Of a DNA stretch of 64,000 nt, positions 1-11,997 are shown one piece after another. Position 1 is the first letter of the stretch; the number at the start of each line of letters is the position of its first letter. The position numbers and the translations under genes are program-made. The notes under the pieces are model-generated. The model saw only the letters and a program-made list of their open reading frames with translations, did not search any database and was not told the origin of the DNA. Source of the DNA: Callorhinchus milii (Eukaryota); the NCBI RefSeq assembly GCF_018977255.1, contig NW_024704749.1:12772001-12836000 (forward strand), given 5' to 3'.

Positions 1-10
1 TTTATTTATT
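1..10 (-). terminator. Overlapping AATAAA polyadenylation signals of SMPD4
   Basis: tttatttatt on + gives two AATAAA on -, about 215 nt downstream of the stop codon. Confidence 0.6.
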
Positions 11-223
11 GTTAAGCAGAATATCATGTTCTTTCTCCTTCACCAGAAGTGATCGCAGGATTCCACTTTCTTACAAAACCGTCACCAGTTTAATTTCATA
101 CAAAATTCGCAAAAGCTCAGTGTTGGTTTTGACACTTTATATAAAACAATTTCCGCTGTGGAGAAAGCAGCGTAAAAAATATTTTTCTAACCAGAAAAAA
201 CAGGAATTTCTTGGGCATTAATA

Positions 224-3200
224 TCAGGATTGATGTGGCCTCCGGTGCTGAGTGAGGAGGGTCTGCACGGCAGCGTAGAGAAAGCCCCCACCCAGGAGCA
301 GGAGCAGGGACAGGGCAGGGCACATGTTGAAGTAATAGCCGATGAGTAGCAGGAGGCAGAGGGAGGACAGAGTGCGGTAACTGGCCAGGAATCGCAGGCT
401 GACCCGTGGCTGGGGGGGTGAGTGAGGTGTCAGGGGGCTACATCGGGCCTTGCTGCTCCGCTCCGGCGGCACCAGGCACCAGCTCATCAGCCTCCCCACA
501 AAGGTCTCCCGCTGGCACAGCGCAGCCAGCTCACCACAGAACTACAGCAAAGAAAAAAAAGCACAGAGACACGAGTTAGATCACTCGTCATTACTCATCT
601 ACATTCATCTCTTTCTCGTGTTATTGCTCAGAGAGAGAAAGGAGCGATGGGGAGAGAGACAGACAGAGGGAGGGAGGGAGAGAGAGAGAGATGGGGGGGG
701 GGGGGGGGGGGGGGAGTCAGACAGATAGACTTACTCGCTGGTTGATGGCTGACGAGAGTTTAAACAGCAGGCGGACGAGGACACTACTCTCAAAGCTGCG
801 GATGGGCTGGAGCTCAGGGTCTCCCTGATACTCGATCTCAAAGCGCCGCAGTCCATTGATGATCTGCAAACAATTACCTCAGTCTGTCACATCTCAGCCA
901 CAACTCTCACCCATCACTTCATCTATAGTCAGTGCTGACCTCCTTGGGTTATCCTCCCCCCCCCCCCCAATGTAAACAGCATACAGAATTCCACCCAGTC
1001 TTAGAAAAGATCACACAGGAGGGACTGAAATTGAAACAATCTGGAATTTGTCAGCCTGAATAATAATAATCCTTGCATTTGACAAAGCACCTTATCACAC
1101 TGTTGAGATCTCAAAGCGCTTCACAGGATACACTGTAAAGTGATTCACTATTTTATGGGTGAAACAAGATAGACAATTGCACACATCAGTATCTTCCCCC
1201 CCCCCCCCCCATACACACACACACAGTGTAACTGAGAGTGGAGGTTTATCGTACCTGGTATCTGCCCAGTGGGGTGAGGATCAGCCCGTGGTCTCCCTGC
1301 ACACAGTCAGGGAGGCTGGGCTGGCTGCTCTCCTCACTGGCCGCCCCCACACTGCTGGACAGCTGGCTGACCTGCGAGGGGTTTAACTGCAGAGACAAAC
1401 AGCACAAGGTCAACCTTTCATATTTCACCAACAAATGTTTGTTGAAGTTGTTGATGTTTGTTGAAATGAAGAAACAAATGTTTCTTCAGGTATTAAACCA
1501 CTGATGATTTAATCAATGGTTTAATACCTGAAGAAGGTGAGAAATATCCACGCCTATCCTGGAGCAATCATTAGTCAGTGACTGCGAACGGCTGAGCACC
1601 GGGTGGGAAAGGGACATAGGAACAGGAGGCCATTCAGCCACTCGAGCCTGTTCCGCCATTCTATAAGATCATGGCTGATCTCAACCTCAACTCCAATTAC
1701 CCGTCCTTGTCCCATTTCTCTTGATACCCTGACCTAATAAATATCTATCTGAAGAGAGGGGGAGGCTGCGTGCGGAGCCCCCATCCCTCCCCTGGCTTCC
1801 ACCTGACCACTCACCCAAACCCAGAGTCTCTCGTGGACACAACCTTGACATTTACCCGGAACATGTTGCACAAATACTCCAGCGACTTCTCCAAATACTC
1901 GTCTGTTTTCCTGATGCCGTCGGGTCCCAGGTCGTACAGGTCAGAGCCGCAGTAACCGGCGTTGCCAAGACTGGAACCGGACAATCCCAGCAATGCCAGC
2001 AGCCCCGCTCCAGCTGTCTGTTCCGCACTCTGCTTCGAGATAGACTTTGCCGTCTGTTTGGCCAACGCAATCAACTGCGCCAGCTTCAGCACCTGCAGAG
2101 AGTGCGGCCACATCACGTACATCAGCTCAGTGCCAAGTGTGTGTGTATACACTGTGAGATCAGTGCTGTGTGTGTGTGTGTACGCTGCGGGGTGGACGCT
2201 GTGCGAGTGAGCGGGACTCACCAGGCTCCTCATCTCGGTGCCGAACATGGGTTTATAATCACAGTTCTGACCCTCCAGGTTGTAGACATGACTCTTCACC
2301 CTGAAGGAGGCGTCTGGCACCGGCGATTGCCACGGGGCCAGGAAGCTGCCACCCAGCGCCGAGGGTGTGTACGCACGGTGCTGCCGGGATGGGTGGATGT
2401 GGTCGGGCTCCAGCAGCAGGTTCTCGGCTATCGTCACAAAAAAAAACTCCCGTTACAAAGTCACACAGTAACAAGCCATTCCCCAGCCAGTTTGTCCCAC
2501 TCTTCCCTCCCCTCCTCTCTCCCTCCCCTTTCTCCCTCCCTCCTAACCTCCCTGCCTCCCACTCTCTCCCTTCTCTCTCCACTCCCTCCCCTACCCCCCC
2601 ACTCCTTTCCCCCTCTCTCCCTTCTCCCTCCCCCTCCATTGTAAATCTGGAACTCTCTCTCTCCGCCAAAAGCCTGTGGATTGTGGCTGGATTCATTCAC
2701 ATCTTCAAGACTGAGGTGGAGAGATGTTTGTGAGGTCAGGGTATTAAGCGATACGAGGCAAAGGCAGGTAATTGAACTTGATGTACAGATCTTATAGAAT
2801 GGCGTAACAGGCTCGAGGGGCTGAATGGCCTCCTCCTGTTTCTATGTTCCAATATGTGATTAACCATCTTAAACACATCTCTCCTGACAATCAGCCAGCG
2901 CTGTGGGCAGTGAGCTCCGTGCTCACACTCTTTGTGTAACAGCTCTGGCTAGAGTTCTTTCGAGTTGTACAAATCAGCCATAACAGTCTAACAGAATGGT
3001 GGAATGAGCTGGAGGGGCTGAATGGCCTCCTCCTTTGCCCGCTGGGTGGTGCTCACCTTCACTGACCAGCTCGGCGAGGTTAGGCTGACTGTACACCTTT
3101 GCCACACGGTAAACCATCAACGCGTTGCGGGGGCTGACCAGGTCTGTGCGCAGGGCCCGGCTCACAAAGCCCTGGAACAGCCGTGTGTAGAGCAGTAGGT

Positions 3201-6200
3201 TCTCCTGCACGAAGGGGGCCCTGGGAGCAGCACAACAGTTCACATCTATACACAGCAGCAGCTCTGAGCCCTTAATTTATAATAACAATAATCCTTGCAT
3301 TTACAGCAACTCTTCACGTCGTTGAGCCGTTCCCAAAGTGTGTAACAGAATATACTGTAAAGTGTAGTGACTGTGTATTTTGTGGGTGAAACGCGGCAGC
3401 CAATTGTGCACAGCAGTGAGTGTCCCACAAACAGTCGTGGATTGAGTGAACAAATGAAATGAAAGCTGGGAATGAAAAGTAAAGTTGTTCATTACCATTT
3501 GTCAGGCACACTGCGGTCAGCCTGCTCGTGGGTGTGAGCCACTCGCTCGGACGCATATCTCCAGGGCTGCAGGTAGCTGAGCCATGTCTCCAACACCTAG
3601 AGAGACAGAGAGATGGGAGGTAAACGGGAGAGAGAAACAGAGAGAGGGAAAGAGACGAGGTAGGAAAACAATCATTGGGTGTCCACATAATTACACACAT
3701 GGATACAAGGATACTTCTCTCTGATACAAATACAAGCGAAGAGAAGACAATCATCAGTGTTTAACCTCACCGGCTGGAATGAAAGGTACTGTGTAAATGT
3801 AATTTTATATTGCATATGTACACAGGGAGGCGATACACACACATACACATAGGATACACACACAGGGAGGCAACACGCACAGGAAGGAGATACATACAGC
3901 TCTGAAGGAGGCGTCCAGCGGCCAATGTCCAAAACAGTGCTGCAGGAATACGTAGAACTTGTGCTGAACGAAGCGGGGAATGGCGAGCCTGGAGAGTCAT
4001 AGGGAAACTCACTGAAACTCAGCACATCAGAGACACGGCAATATGTCAGAGAGACACCTCTCCAATAGCAGAGATTAGGTAACACAACGTGAATCCACAC
4101 TGAAACCCAGAGCAAAGAGTGACTCCGGCAGCACAGACAGCCAATCACAGTCACTACGCTGTGCAGCGTGCAGGTGTCGTGGTTTGTGCCCACTGTGAAC
4201 ATTATTGTTGTTTAAGGACGAACCTCTTGAAGTCCTCTAGGGGGCTGTTGGTGTGCGGGTGAGCAGAGGAGGAGGGCCCGGGGGTCTCGGGGCCACTCAG
4301 GCAGCAGGAGAACGAGTGCAGGTGTTTGATCAGAAGCCGCACCGTCAGGACGTGCTCCTCTGTGGGGGTGAAGGGCTCCTGTGGGCGGGAAACACACTCA
4401 GCCGCGCGCAGATCACTAAAGCCACCGGGAGACACGGAATAACACACCATCCCCACGTAATAGCGGGAACTGTCTGGGCTGGTTCACTGATCCCTCACAC
4501 CACCCCCACCCCACCGCAGCAGGTTTGGGCATTTGAATGTTTGCAGAGAATTTTTTTCTCCTTTTTAGGTTCAATTCCTGTTCCCATTCCTTAAAATCCA
4601 ACTCACTCCCCAAAAAACGTGCTCTGGGATCATTCCCACTCATTCCAACATGCTGACGTGCAGAGAGAGAGAGAGAGAAAGAGAGAGATGTACACAACGG
4701 ATGGGATTCGAGCAGCAGAACCAGGTGAGGTGGTGAGATTTTCCAGTTAATAATTCAAGCTGCCGGGACTGTGACCCCAGGAAGATGATTGGGTTAAAAC
4801 ACAGTCACTGATACACAGAGAGAGAGAGAGAGAGACACTGATACAGAGAGAGAGACATGATACACACACAGAGAGAGACACTGATACACAGAGAGAGAGA
4901 GAGAGGGACACTGATACACAGAGAGAGAGAGACTGATGCACATACAGAGAGACATGGTGAAAACCACCGACAGCCACGTGGGGGGAAATCAGGCTTTATC
5001 TCCGGGTTGGAGTCAGTGTTGGCTGCTGACGGCAGTCAGTGCTCGAACGAGGGGCAGCTTTCACTGTGTGGCTTGTGAGAATAAAAAAAAATGAGAGAGA
5101 GAGACAGAGAGAGAGAATAAAATAAACAGGTACTTGGTAGGTGTGGAAGGTGCCGTGAGCTGGCAGCGTTGTGGTGCTGTACGGAGTACTGCAAACACCC
5201 AGACGGTAACGCAGCACCTCCAACTGAGGGGTTAACATCCAGAGAACACACACCACACAGGGACAGGCATTAATCACACAGAAAGAGAGAGAGAAACATT
5301 ACACACACTGAGTAACGGCAGGCAAAAACACTTCATCACTGAGTATTTACACACACACATTGACACAACACACACTGACACGTACACACTGACACTCACA
5401 CAGATACACGCAGACTGAGACACACACAGTAACACAGTGACACTGACACATACACGCTCTAACACACACTGACACATACACACTAACACACAGACAATCT
5501 AACACACACACACAGACTGACACATGTAGCCCTACAGGTTTAACCCCCACTCTGCCGACCTGTAACTGTGCTTTACTTTTTCGAAGGAGGGTTTTGGACA
5601 CTTCACTGCCTCACTGTTTTAGCCTCGCAGTGAGCGGAGGTGTACTGTAGGTTTCCACCTCACGCACACGCACACACACAGGCCAGCAGCAGTGCAGGGG
5701 TTAAACCTTGCCTGGGCACAAATATATCAACATCAGAATTCTAACACCATTCACTGCCTTAAGATCATCGACAGACAGACAGGAACCGGCCGCAGTAAAG
5801 GGTTAAATTAAACAGCAAGCAGGTCAGGTTAATATAACCCTCTGAGGACCAAAAATCTAAATGTTTTCACGGTGATGGATTTACCAGCACCCACTCTCTC
5901 CCCCGCCCCCACCCCCCACTTTGAGCGTGACAGGAGGTCGCAGTCCTCACGGGGTTAAGGAGTTAGCTGTTGGTTGACTTTAATGATGTGAATACCTGCG
6001 CCCTGGGCTGGAACCGCAGTGACACAAGCCAGTCAGTCAGTCAGCACCGAAACCACAACATGCTCAGAAGAGAGAAAAATACAATGATGCAGAACCAATG
6101 CACATGCAGTCAGAGCCACAACCATAAAGCCATGCAGAGCTACCCCACAGCTCCCTGTGCAGCACTGGCTGCCCCCTCACAGGACAGCTCAGCATCTACA

Positions 6201-9200
6201 CAGGAGACCGGGGCGGGTTTAAAGGCAATCTGCCAATTCAGAACTTTCTATAGTCCAGAACATGCAGCTCCTCTCTCCATCCTTCTCTCCGCACCCAGCC
6301 CTGACCACTGTACTGTAAGCTCACCTGTGGCTAACAATGGTTACTGCTACAGATTGGCAAAATATCAGCCTTGTGGCAGAGTATGTGTTCCCCAAACCAG
6401 ATAACATTAACCCTGAAACTATCAGAGAGCCTTTCCTCTCCCTCCCCCCCACACACAGCAACTGGCTCTTCATAAACATGTTGAAGCAGCTTCGAGAGCC
6501 GGTAACATACCAGAGCTTGCTTATACAGCCGCAGGAAAGCAGGTTAGCCAGCTGGTTTGCAAAAGCCGATCAATAACTAGAAGAGCATCGAGGCACTGAG
6601 ACCAGCAGAGAAAGGCACAGAGAGAGGCACAGCTAAACAACAAGCCAGCAGTTGATCAAAAGTGCGCTGAGAATATGTGATGAACAGCAGGCACGTACCT
6701 TGGCCTGAGGCGACTGCATTTTCTGATATAATTCCAGGGAATAATGATGGAGCCACATTTCTACAAAGATCTGCAACACAGGAGGGAAAGGATGAGTCAC
6801 GGCTTAATGTGTAAGTGTGTCTCACTAATAGGGTTCAGTGTGTGTGTGTACTGACCACCCCAGGTCTCACTAACAGGGTAAAAACCCCACCCCTTCCCTC
6901 CTGATGGCGGCTCCCCCTGGGTGTGGTTCCATGGGAGGCAGATACCTTCTGGCACTGTAGCTGCAGTCACTCACCTGAAGCAGCATCTCTGATCGCCAGA
7001 TCTCCTGTGCGGCCGGGTCTGTGGTGACCGAGGGCTGGTGAGAGATATGGCGCTTGAGGAGACTGGTGTGTGGCCCGGTGTAGGATGTGAACGGGACCGT
7101 CTGAGCTCTGGAGCAGAGAGAACACAAAGCCAGTGAGTGAGGGAGGGAGGGAGGGACACCAAAGTCTCTGTCCAGATTATTATAATAATCTCTAATCCCT
7201 GCATTTGATACAGCACCTTATTACATAATTGAGACGTCTCAAAGCACTTCACAGAATATACTATAAAGTGTATTTTATGGATGAAACGCGGCAGCCAATT
7301 GCGCACAGCAGCGTCCCACAAACAGTCGTGGATTGAGTGACTTTTTTTGAAGGATTATTAGCCCGGAAAGCAATCCACCAATCGACTAACATCTGGGTTC
7401 CTACTTACTGCGAGGTAAAAGCATTGGCGCGTGGAGTAAGGAAATTTGCCTAAGATTTTGCCCTGCCGGGATTCAAACCGATGGGGGGGGGGGGGGAGAC
7501 AGTGAGGGTTACCTGGGGGCCGGAGGGGATACAGCTCCACAGCCGGAGATGAACGGTGCTGGGGGGACACTGCCCTCCATGGGCAGGAAGTAGTTGAGGT
7601 ACCTGTCCACCAGAATGAAGTAGGCACTGTCTGAGGTGCTGATGTGCCCAACTGGGAAGCTCTGTAACGGGAATGGAGTGGGACACTGCGTTATCAGGGA
7701 CATCACGAGGGACCGGAACCACACATCAGCCTCCACTCTCCACCCAATGATGCAAACCAACAACAACAGCTTGCACCTATAGGCCGGGCTTTACACAGGA
7801 TAGCATCTCAAAGAGCTTTACCCACTGGGGAAACTGCCGCTCTCTGTCCCTCTCCTCACAGTAAAGTTCCTGCGACCCTGCACTGACGCCTCATTTTCCT
7901 GCACAAAGGCTCCCGTTCCCCAGCATTGGGTTAGGTTCCACGGCCATTGCTCACCTGTGTCCTGACTGGTTCCCATCCATCCCCTCAGCTCCTGTTCCCC
8001 CACGCCAGCTGCTCTCACTGCCAGGCTGTTCCAACATCAGCTATTCTGGTCTGCGGAGGTTGTGGGGGCCGAGCGAACCATCAGGACAATGTCCAGTCAG
8101 GCTTGAGGTTCATGACTTGGTTTTACTGACTACTTACAGCTCCTGGAGCCGCACTGAGCTGGTTCAGCCTGTGCACCTGGGTTCACGGTTAGCACGGCAT
8201 GTGCGCAAGCCAGAAGCCTAACACGACAGGCCTCAGTTTACCCACTTGGGACAGTATAAAGGCTACACACACACACAGCTGTTGTTGTTGTTGACCCACA
8301 TCCTGACCCACTCACCCTCGGAGCGATGAGGTGAATGGCGAAATTCAGCAGGTAATATTCAAAGGGATCTGGTGGCTCGGGTCAAGGACCACATACAGGA
8401 ATATTAAATAACTAACATCCTCCCCCCCCCCACCCTACACACACATACACAGCCTCACCCACACACACAGCTTCACCCCCCCCCCTACACACAGACAGCC
8501 TCACGCCCCACCCACACAGTTTCACCCCTCCCCCCTACACTCACACACACACACACACACCAAGGGAAATCGATCCAAGTCCAGTGAAAGGATACTGAAT
8601 GAAAGGCTCAGGGCTGACATCCCAACCAAAGGGAAGTGCAGCTTATTGTGGTAGAGTGGGCAATCGGGCAGAACACCTTCCTGAATAGACGCCCTCACAG
8701 GACCCTGAGCAATAAAACACTCAACATCACCATCACCAAAACTCACCCCCGACCCCCCCCCAACAGTGAGCAGGACATCACACTTCCTCACCCCCAGCCA
8801 CCCTCCCCTGCCAGGACACACACACACACACACACACACATGTGCTGCTGGAAGGGAAACGTACCCACAGATCAGCCCTTAGTATAATAATAATAAAATA
8901 ATAATTACCACACGAGGCCCACGGCCCCCCCACTGCACTTACTGGAAGGTAGGAGATTGGGAATTCATACTTATAGTCTTCAGCCTGAAGTCTGTAAACC
9001 AACCTCATCATCGGCCCACTGTCAGAGAGAGAAGAGGCCATCGTCATCATCATCATCCTCACCGTCACGCCCTCCCTTCATGTGTGACCGTCTCGCGCTC
9101 TCTCCCCAGAGCGGTGACAGCAGATGTGGACACTCTTACCCGGGATCCAGAAACTCGCTGACGGTGTTGAAGTCGGTCGGGTGTGTCCGACTGTACAGGA

Positions 9201-10191
9201 ACCGCAGGTTCCAACCCACAACGCTGCCGTCCAGACTCCCAAACACGTTCTCTACCAACCAGGGGAACACCACCTGCAGCTCCTGCCATCAATCAGCACA
9301 GCGCAGCACAGTCACTACACCTCCCCCCAGTCACTACACCCCCCCAGTCACTTCACCTCCCCACAGTCACTACACCCCCCCCACAGTCACTACACCTCCC
9401 CACAGTCACTACCCCCCCAGTCACTACCCCCCCCAGTCACTACACCCCCCCCCCCCCCAGTCACTACACCCCCCCCAGTCACTACACCTCCCCCAGTCAC
9501 TACCCCCCCCAGTCACTACACCCCCCCCCAGTCACTACACCCCCCCCAGTCACTACACCCCCCCCCAGTCACTACCCCCCCCCAGTCACTACACCCCCCC
9601 CCAGTCACTACACCCCCCCAGTCACTACACCCCCCCCAGTCACTACAACCCCCACAGTCACTACAACCCCCCCCCAGTCACTACACCCTCCACAGTCACT
9701 ACACCTCCTCCACACAGTCACTACACCTCCACAGTCACTACACCTCCTCCACAGTCACTACACCTCCTCCACAGTCACTACACCTCCCCACAGTCACTAC
9801 ACCTCCCCACAGTCACTACTCCCCTCCCCACACACACAGTCACTACACTGCCCCACACACAGACCTTGGGGGAATAGTCTTCCATCGCCTTCACCAGGTC
9901 ATGGCATCGCTGCGCAATCGGTTTGTTTGAACAATCGGCTTTAAGCAAAGACTGTAACAACAACAACAACAATAACCTGAATGTGGCGGATCCCGGAGCC
10001 GCCGCTCCCCCCCCCTCCCCCCCCCGGGCCGCCCCCCCCCCCCCGGGCCGCCCCCCCCCCCCCGGGCCCCCCCCCCCCGGGCCGCCCCCCCCCCCCCGGG
10101 CCGCCCCCCCCCCCGGGCCGCCCCCCCTCGGGCCGCTCTCGGGGTGACTCACCAGGAGGTAGTTGGGCTGAGGCGGGGACAGGACGGCCAT
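224..10191 (-). CDS. SMPD4: Sphingomyelin phosphodiesterase 4 (neutral sphingomyelinase 3), 19 coding exons, 827 aa
   Basis: GT-AG exons with consistent phases: 10153-10191, 9865-9951, 9140-9282, 8943-9018, 8596-8704, 8316-8368, 7513-7661, 6975-7107, 6699-6770, 5134-5223, 4224-4378, 3898-3988, 3496-3596, 3057-3220, 2222-2427, 1856-2092, 1255-1386, 735-863, 224-541 (TGA). Motifs [52 protein letters not shown] and [23 protein letters not shown], plus a hydrophobic C-terminal anchor, match SMPD4. Confidence 0.97.
7176..7480 (-). mobile_element. tRNA-derived SINE copy, 5' truncated
   Basis: Shares the GGAGTAAGGAAA body and the TGCATTTGATA/ATT tail motifs with the family copy at 11679. Confidence 0.75.
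8369..8595 (-). other. U12-type (minor spliceosome) GT-AG intron 5 of SMPD4
   Basis: 5' end reads GTATCCTTTC. Branch site TCCTTGAC at 8381-8388, about 13 nt from the AG. No polypyrimidine tract. Confidence 0.9.
9306..9850. repeat. Minisatellite, unit about CAGTCACTACAC(C)n, in SMPD4 intron 2
   Basis: About 30 tandem copies visible directly. Confidence 0.95.
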
Positions 10192-10270
10192 AGCGCCTCC
10201 CGCGCGGCCCCTCAGCCGCTCACACAGTCTGTCCAGTCCGAGGCCTCACTGACCGCCTCTCAGCCGAGGG
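9985..10270 (-). promoter_or_regulatory. CpG-rich promoter/first-exon region of SMPD4 with G-run repeats in intron 1
   Basis: High CpG density around the ATG at 10191. (G)9-10CGGCCC repeats on the sense strand at 10000-10140. Confidence 0.65.
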
Positions 10271-10437
10271 TCTGTGTGTGTGTGTGTGTGTGAGGGTCTG
10301 TGTGTGTGTGTGTGTGAGGGGTCTGTGTGTGTGTGTGTGAGGGTCTGTGTGAGGGTCTGTGTGTGTGTGTGTGTGAGGGTCTGTGTCTCACTGTGTGTGT
10401 GAGGGTCTGTGTGTGTGTGTGGGTGTGTGTGTGAGGG

Positions 10438-10470
<33 letters not shown>

Positions 10471-10582
10471 AGGGTCTGTGTGTGGTGAGGGTCTGTGTGT
10501 GAGGGGGTCTGTGTGTGTGTGTGTGTGAGGGTCTGTGTGTGTGTGTGAGGGTCTGTGTGTGTGTGTGTGTGAGGGGGTCTGT
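10266..10582. repeat. GAGGGTCT(GT)n compound microsatellite upstream of SMPD4
   Basis: Tandem units visible directly. Confidence 0.9.
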
Positions 10583-11087
10583 GAGGAGCGGGAAGACAGT
10601 CGCATACAGCAGCGCGTCATCATCCCGCGCCACAGTGTGTGCAGTGCAGTGCAGTACTGGAGCCGCAGTCCTGAGTGATCGGCGCTGTGGGACGTCCTCC
10701 CGACGTGAAAGGCGCTCAATAAATGGAATCTTGTTGTTGTTGTTGTTGTTGATGATCAGCGATAGATACTGAAGGACACACCGGGACTCTCAAACCTGAG
10801 CAGCTTTGAGACGTCGGGAGGATGTGACAAAGCCAAACCCAGGACACAGCCCCAGAAGGTTAGTCCGCCTGAAGGCGCTGTGTAAATGAAGTTGTTGCTC
10901 TGTGCAAATTGTCTGCCGAGTTCACCTACAAAACACACAGTCACTTCTCTACAGTAAATCCCGTGAAGCGCTTTGAGATGTCCTCCCAGGGCGAGAGGTT
11001 CTGTGCTGTGTCGGGTGTCAGAGTGTTGGTATCCCTGAGCAGGACTGTAATTTGGCTATTCACTGTGGAGTCCTGTAGCTTTGCAAG

Positions 11088-11997
11088 TCTCTCTCCCCCA
11101 CCCTCCCCTCCGCCACCGTGTCCTGGCCAACAATCCCTCAAATAAACTTGGTCACTCAATCCATGAGTGTTTGCGAGACACTGCTGAGTACAATTGGCTG
11201 CTGTGTTTCACCCACAAAATGCACAGCGATTTGAGAGGTGTTGACAATGTGATAAGGTGCTATACCAAATGCAAGGTTTATTATTGTTAGTGATGCCATT
11301 CACTATCACTGACTTGCTGCTCACTATGGTTGACTCACTGATTGCTCACTCTTAATTATTATGAATTAATTTTTATTCATTAATAATATAACAATGAAGG
11401 TAGTAATGTGATGCTGATTGCACAAACACTCAGTGTAAACGATTAACCAGAGTCAGAGATTTGCTTTTGAACCTTTGAATAATTGTTCCTGACTCTGGGG
11501 CAGTTTCCAAACAAACACACTCTGCTTCACAACCCCCCACCACCCGCCCCTCCCCGCCTGCACACACACACACACACACACATATGGTGCACACACACAC
11601 AACGTGCGCACACACACACACAGATATGATGCACACACACGTGCACACACACACAATGTGCGCACACACACTGATATGGTGGAGTCCTGTAGCTCAGTGG
11701 TTAGAGCACTCGCTTTGCAAGCGAGAGATCTGAGTTCAATTCCAGGCAGAGGGCGAAACCTTGGGCAAGTTTCCTTACTCCACACAGAGCCTAATAATAA
11801 TCCCTCCAAAACCAAAAACAATAATAAATTGGTCATTTTCAATCCACGACTGTTTGTGGGACATTGCTGTGCGCAATTGGCTGCCGCGTTCACCCACAAA
11901 TATACAGTCAATTCACTTTACAGTGTGTTCTGTGAAGCGCTTTGGGACGTCCTCCCGACGTGAAAAGCGCTATATCAAATGCAAGAATTATTATTAT
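11088..11997 (+). repeat. Left arm of an inverted duplication; partner at 26293-27220
   Basis: 11088-11543 is the near-exact reverse complement of 26767-27220, followed by a microsatellite and a SINE matching 26293-26622. Confidence 0.92.
11679..11997 (+). mobile_element. Young tRNA(Ala)-like SINE with L2-type 3' tail
   Basis: Head GTGGAGTCCTGTAGCTCAGTGGTTAGAGCAC (A box), TTTGCAA anticodon-loop relic, GAGTTCAATTCC (B box). Tail GGACGTCCTCCCGACGTGAAAAGCGCTATATCAAATGCAAG(ATT)n resembles the 3' ends of the L2 fragments in this window. Confidence 0.9.

Noticed and set aside
8957-9944. Long Pro/Thr/His-rich ORFs of 250-306 aa on +
   Set aside because: Translations of the intronic minisatellite, antisense to SMPD4.
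11679-11752. tRNA-Ala-like sequence (also near 26545, 35029, 59435)
   Set aside because: These are SINE heads: the acceptor stem does not close, and each continues into a shared SINE body and tail.
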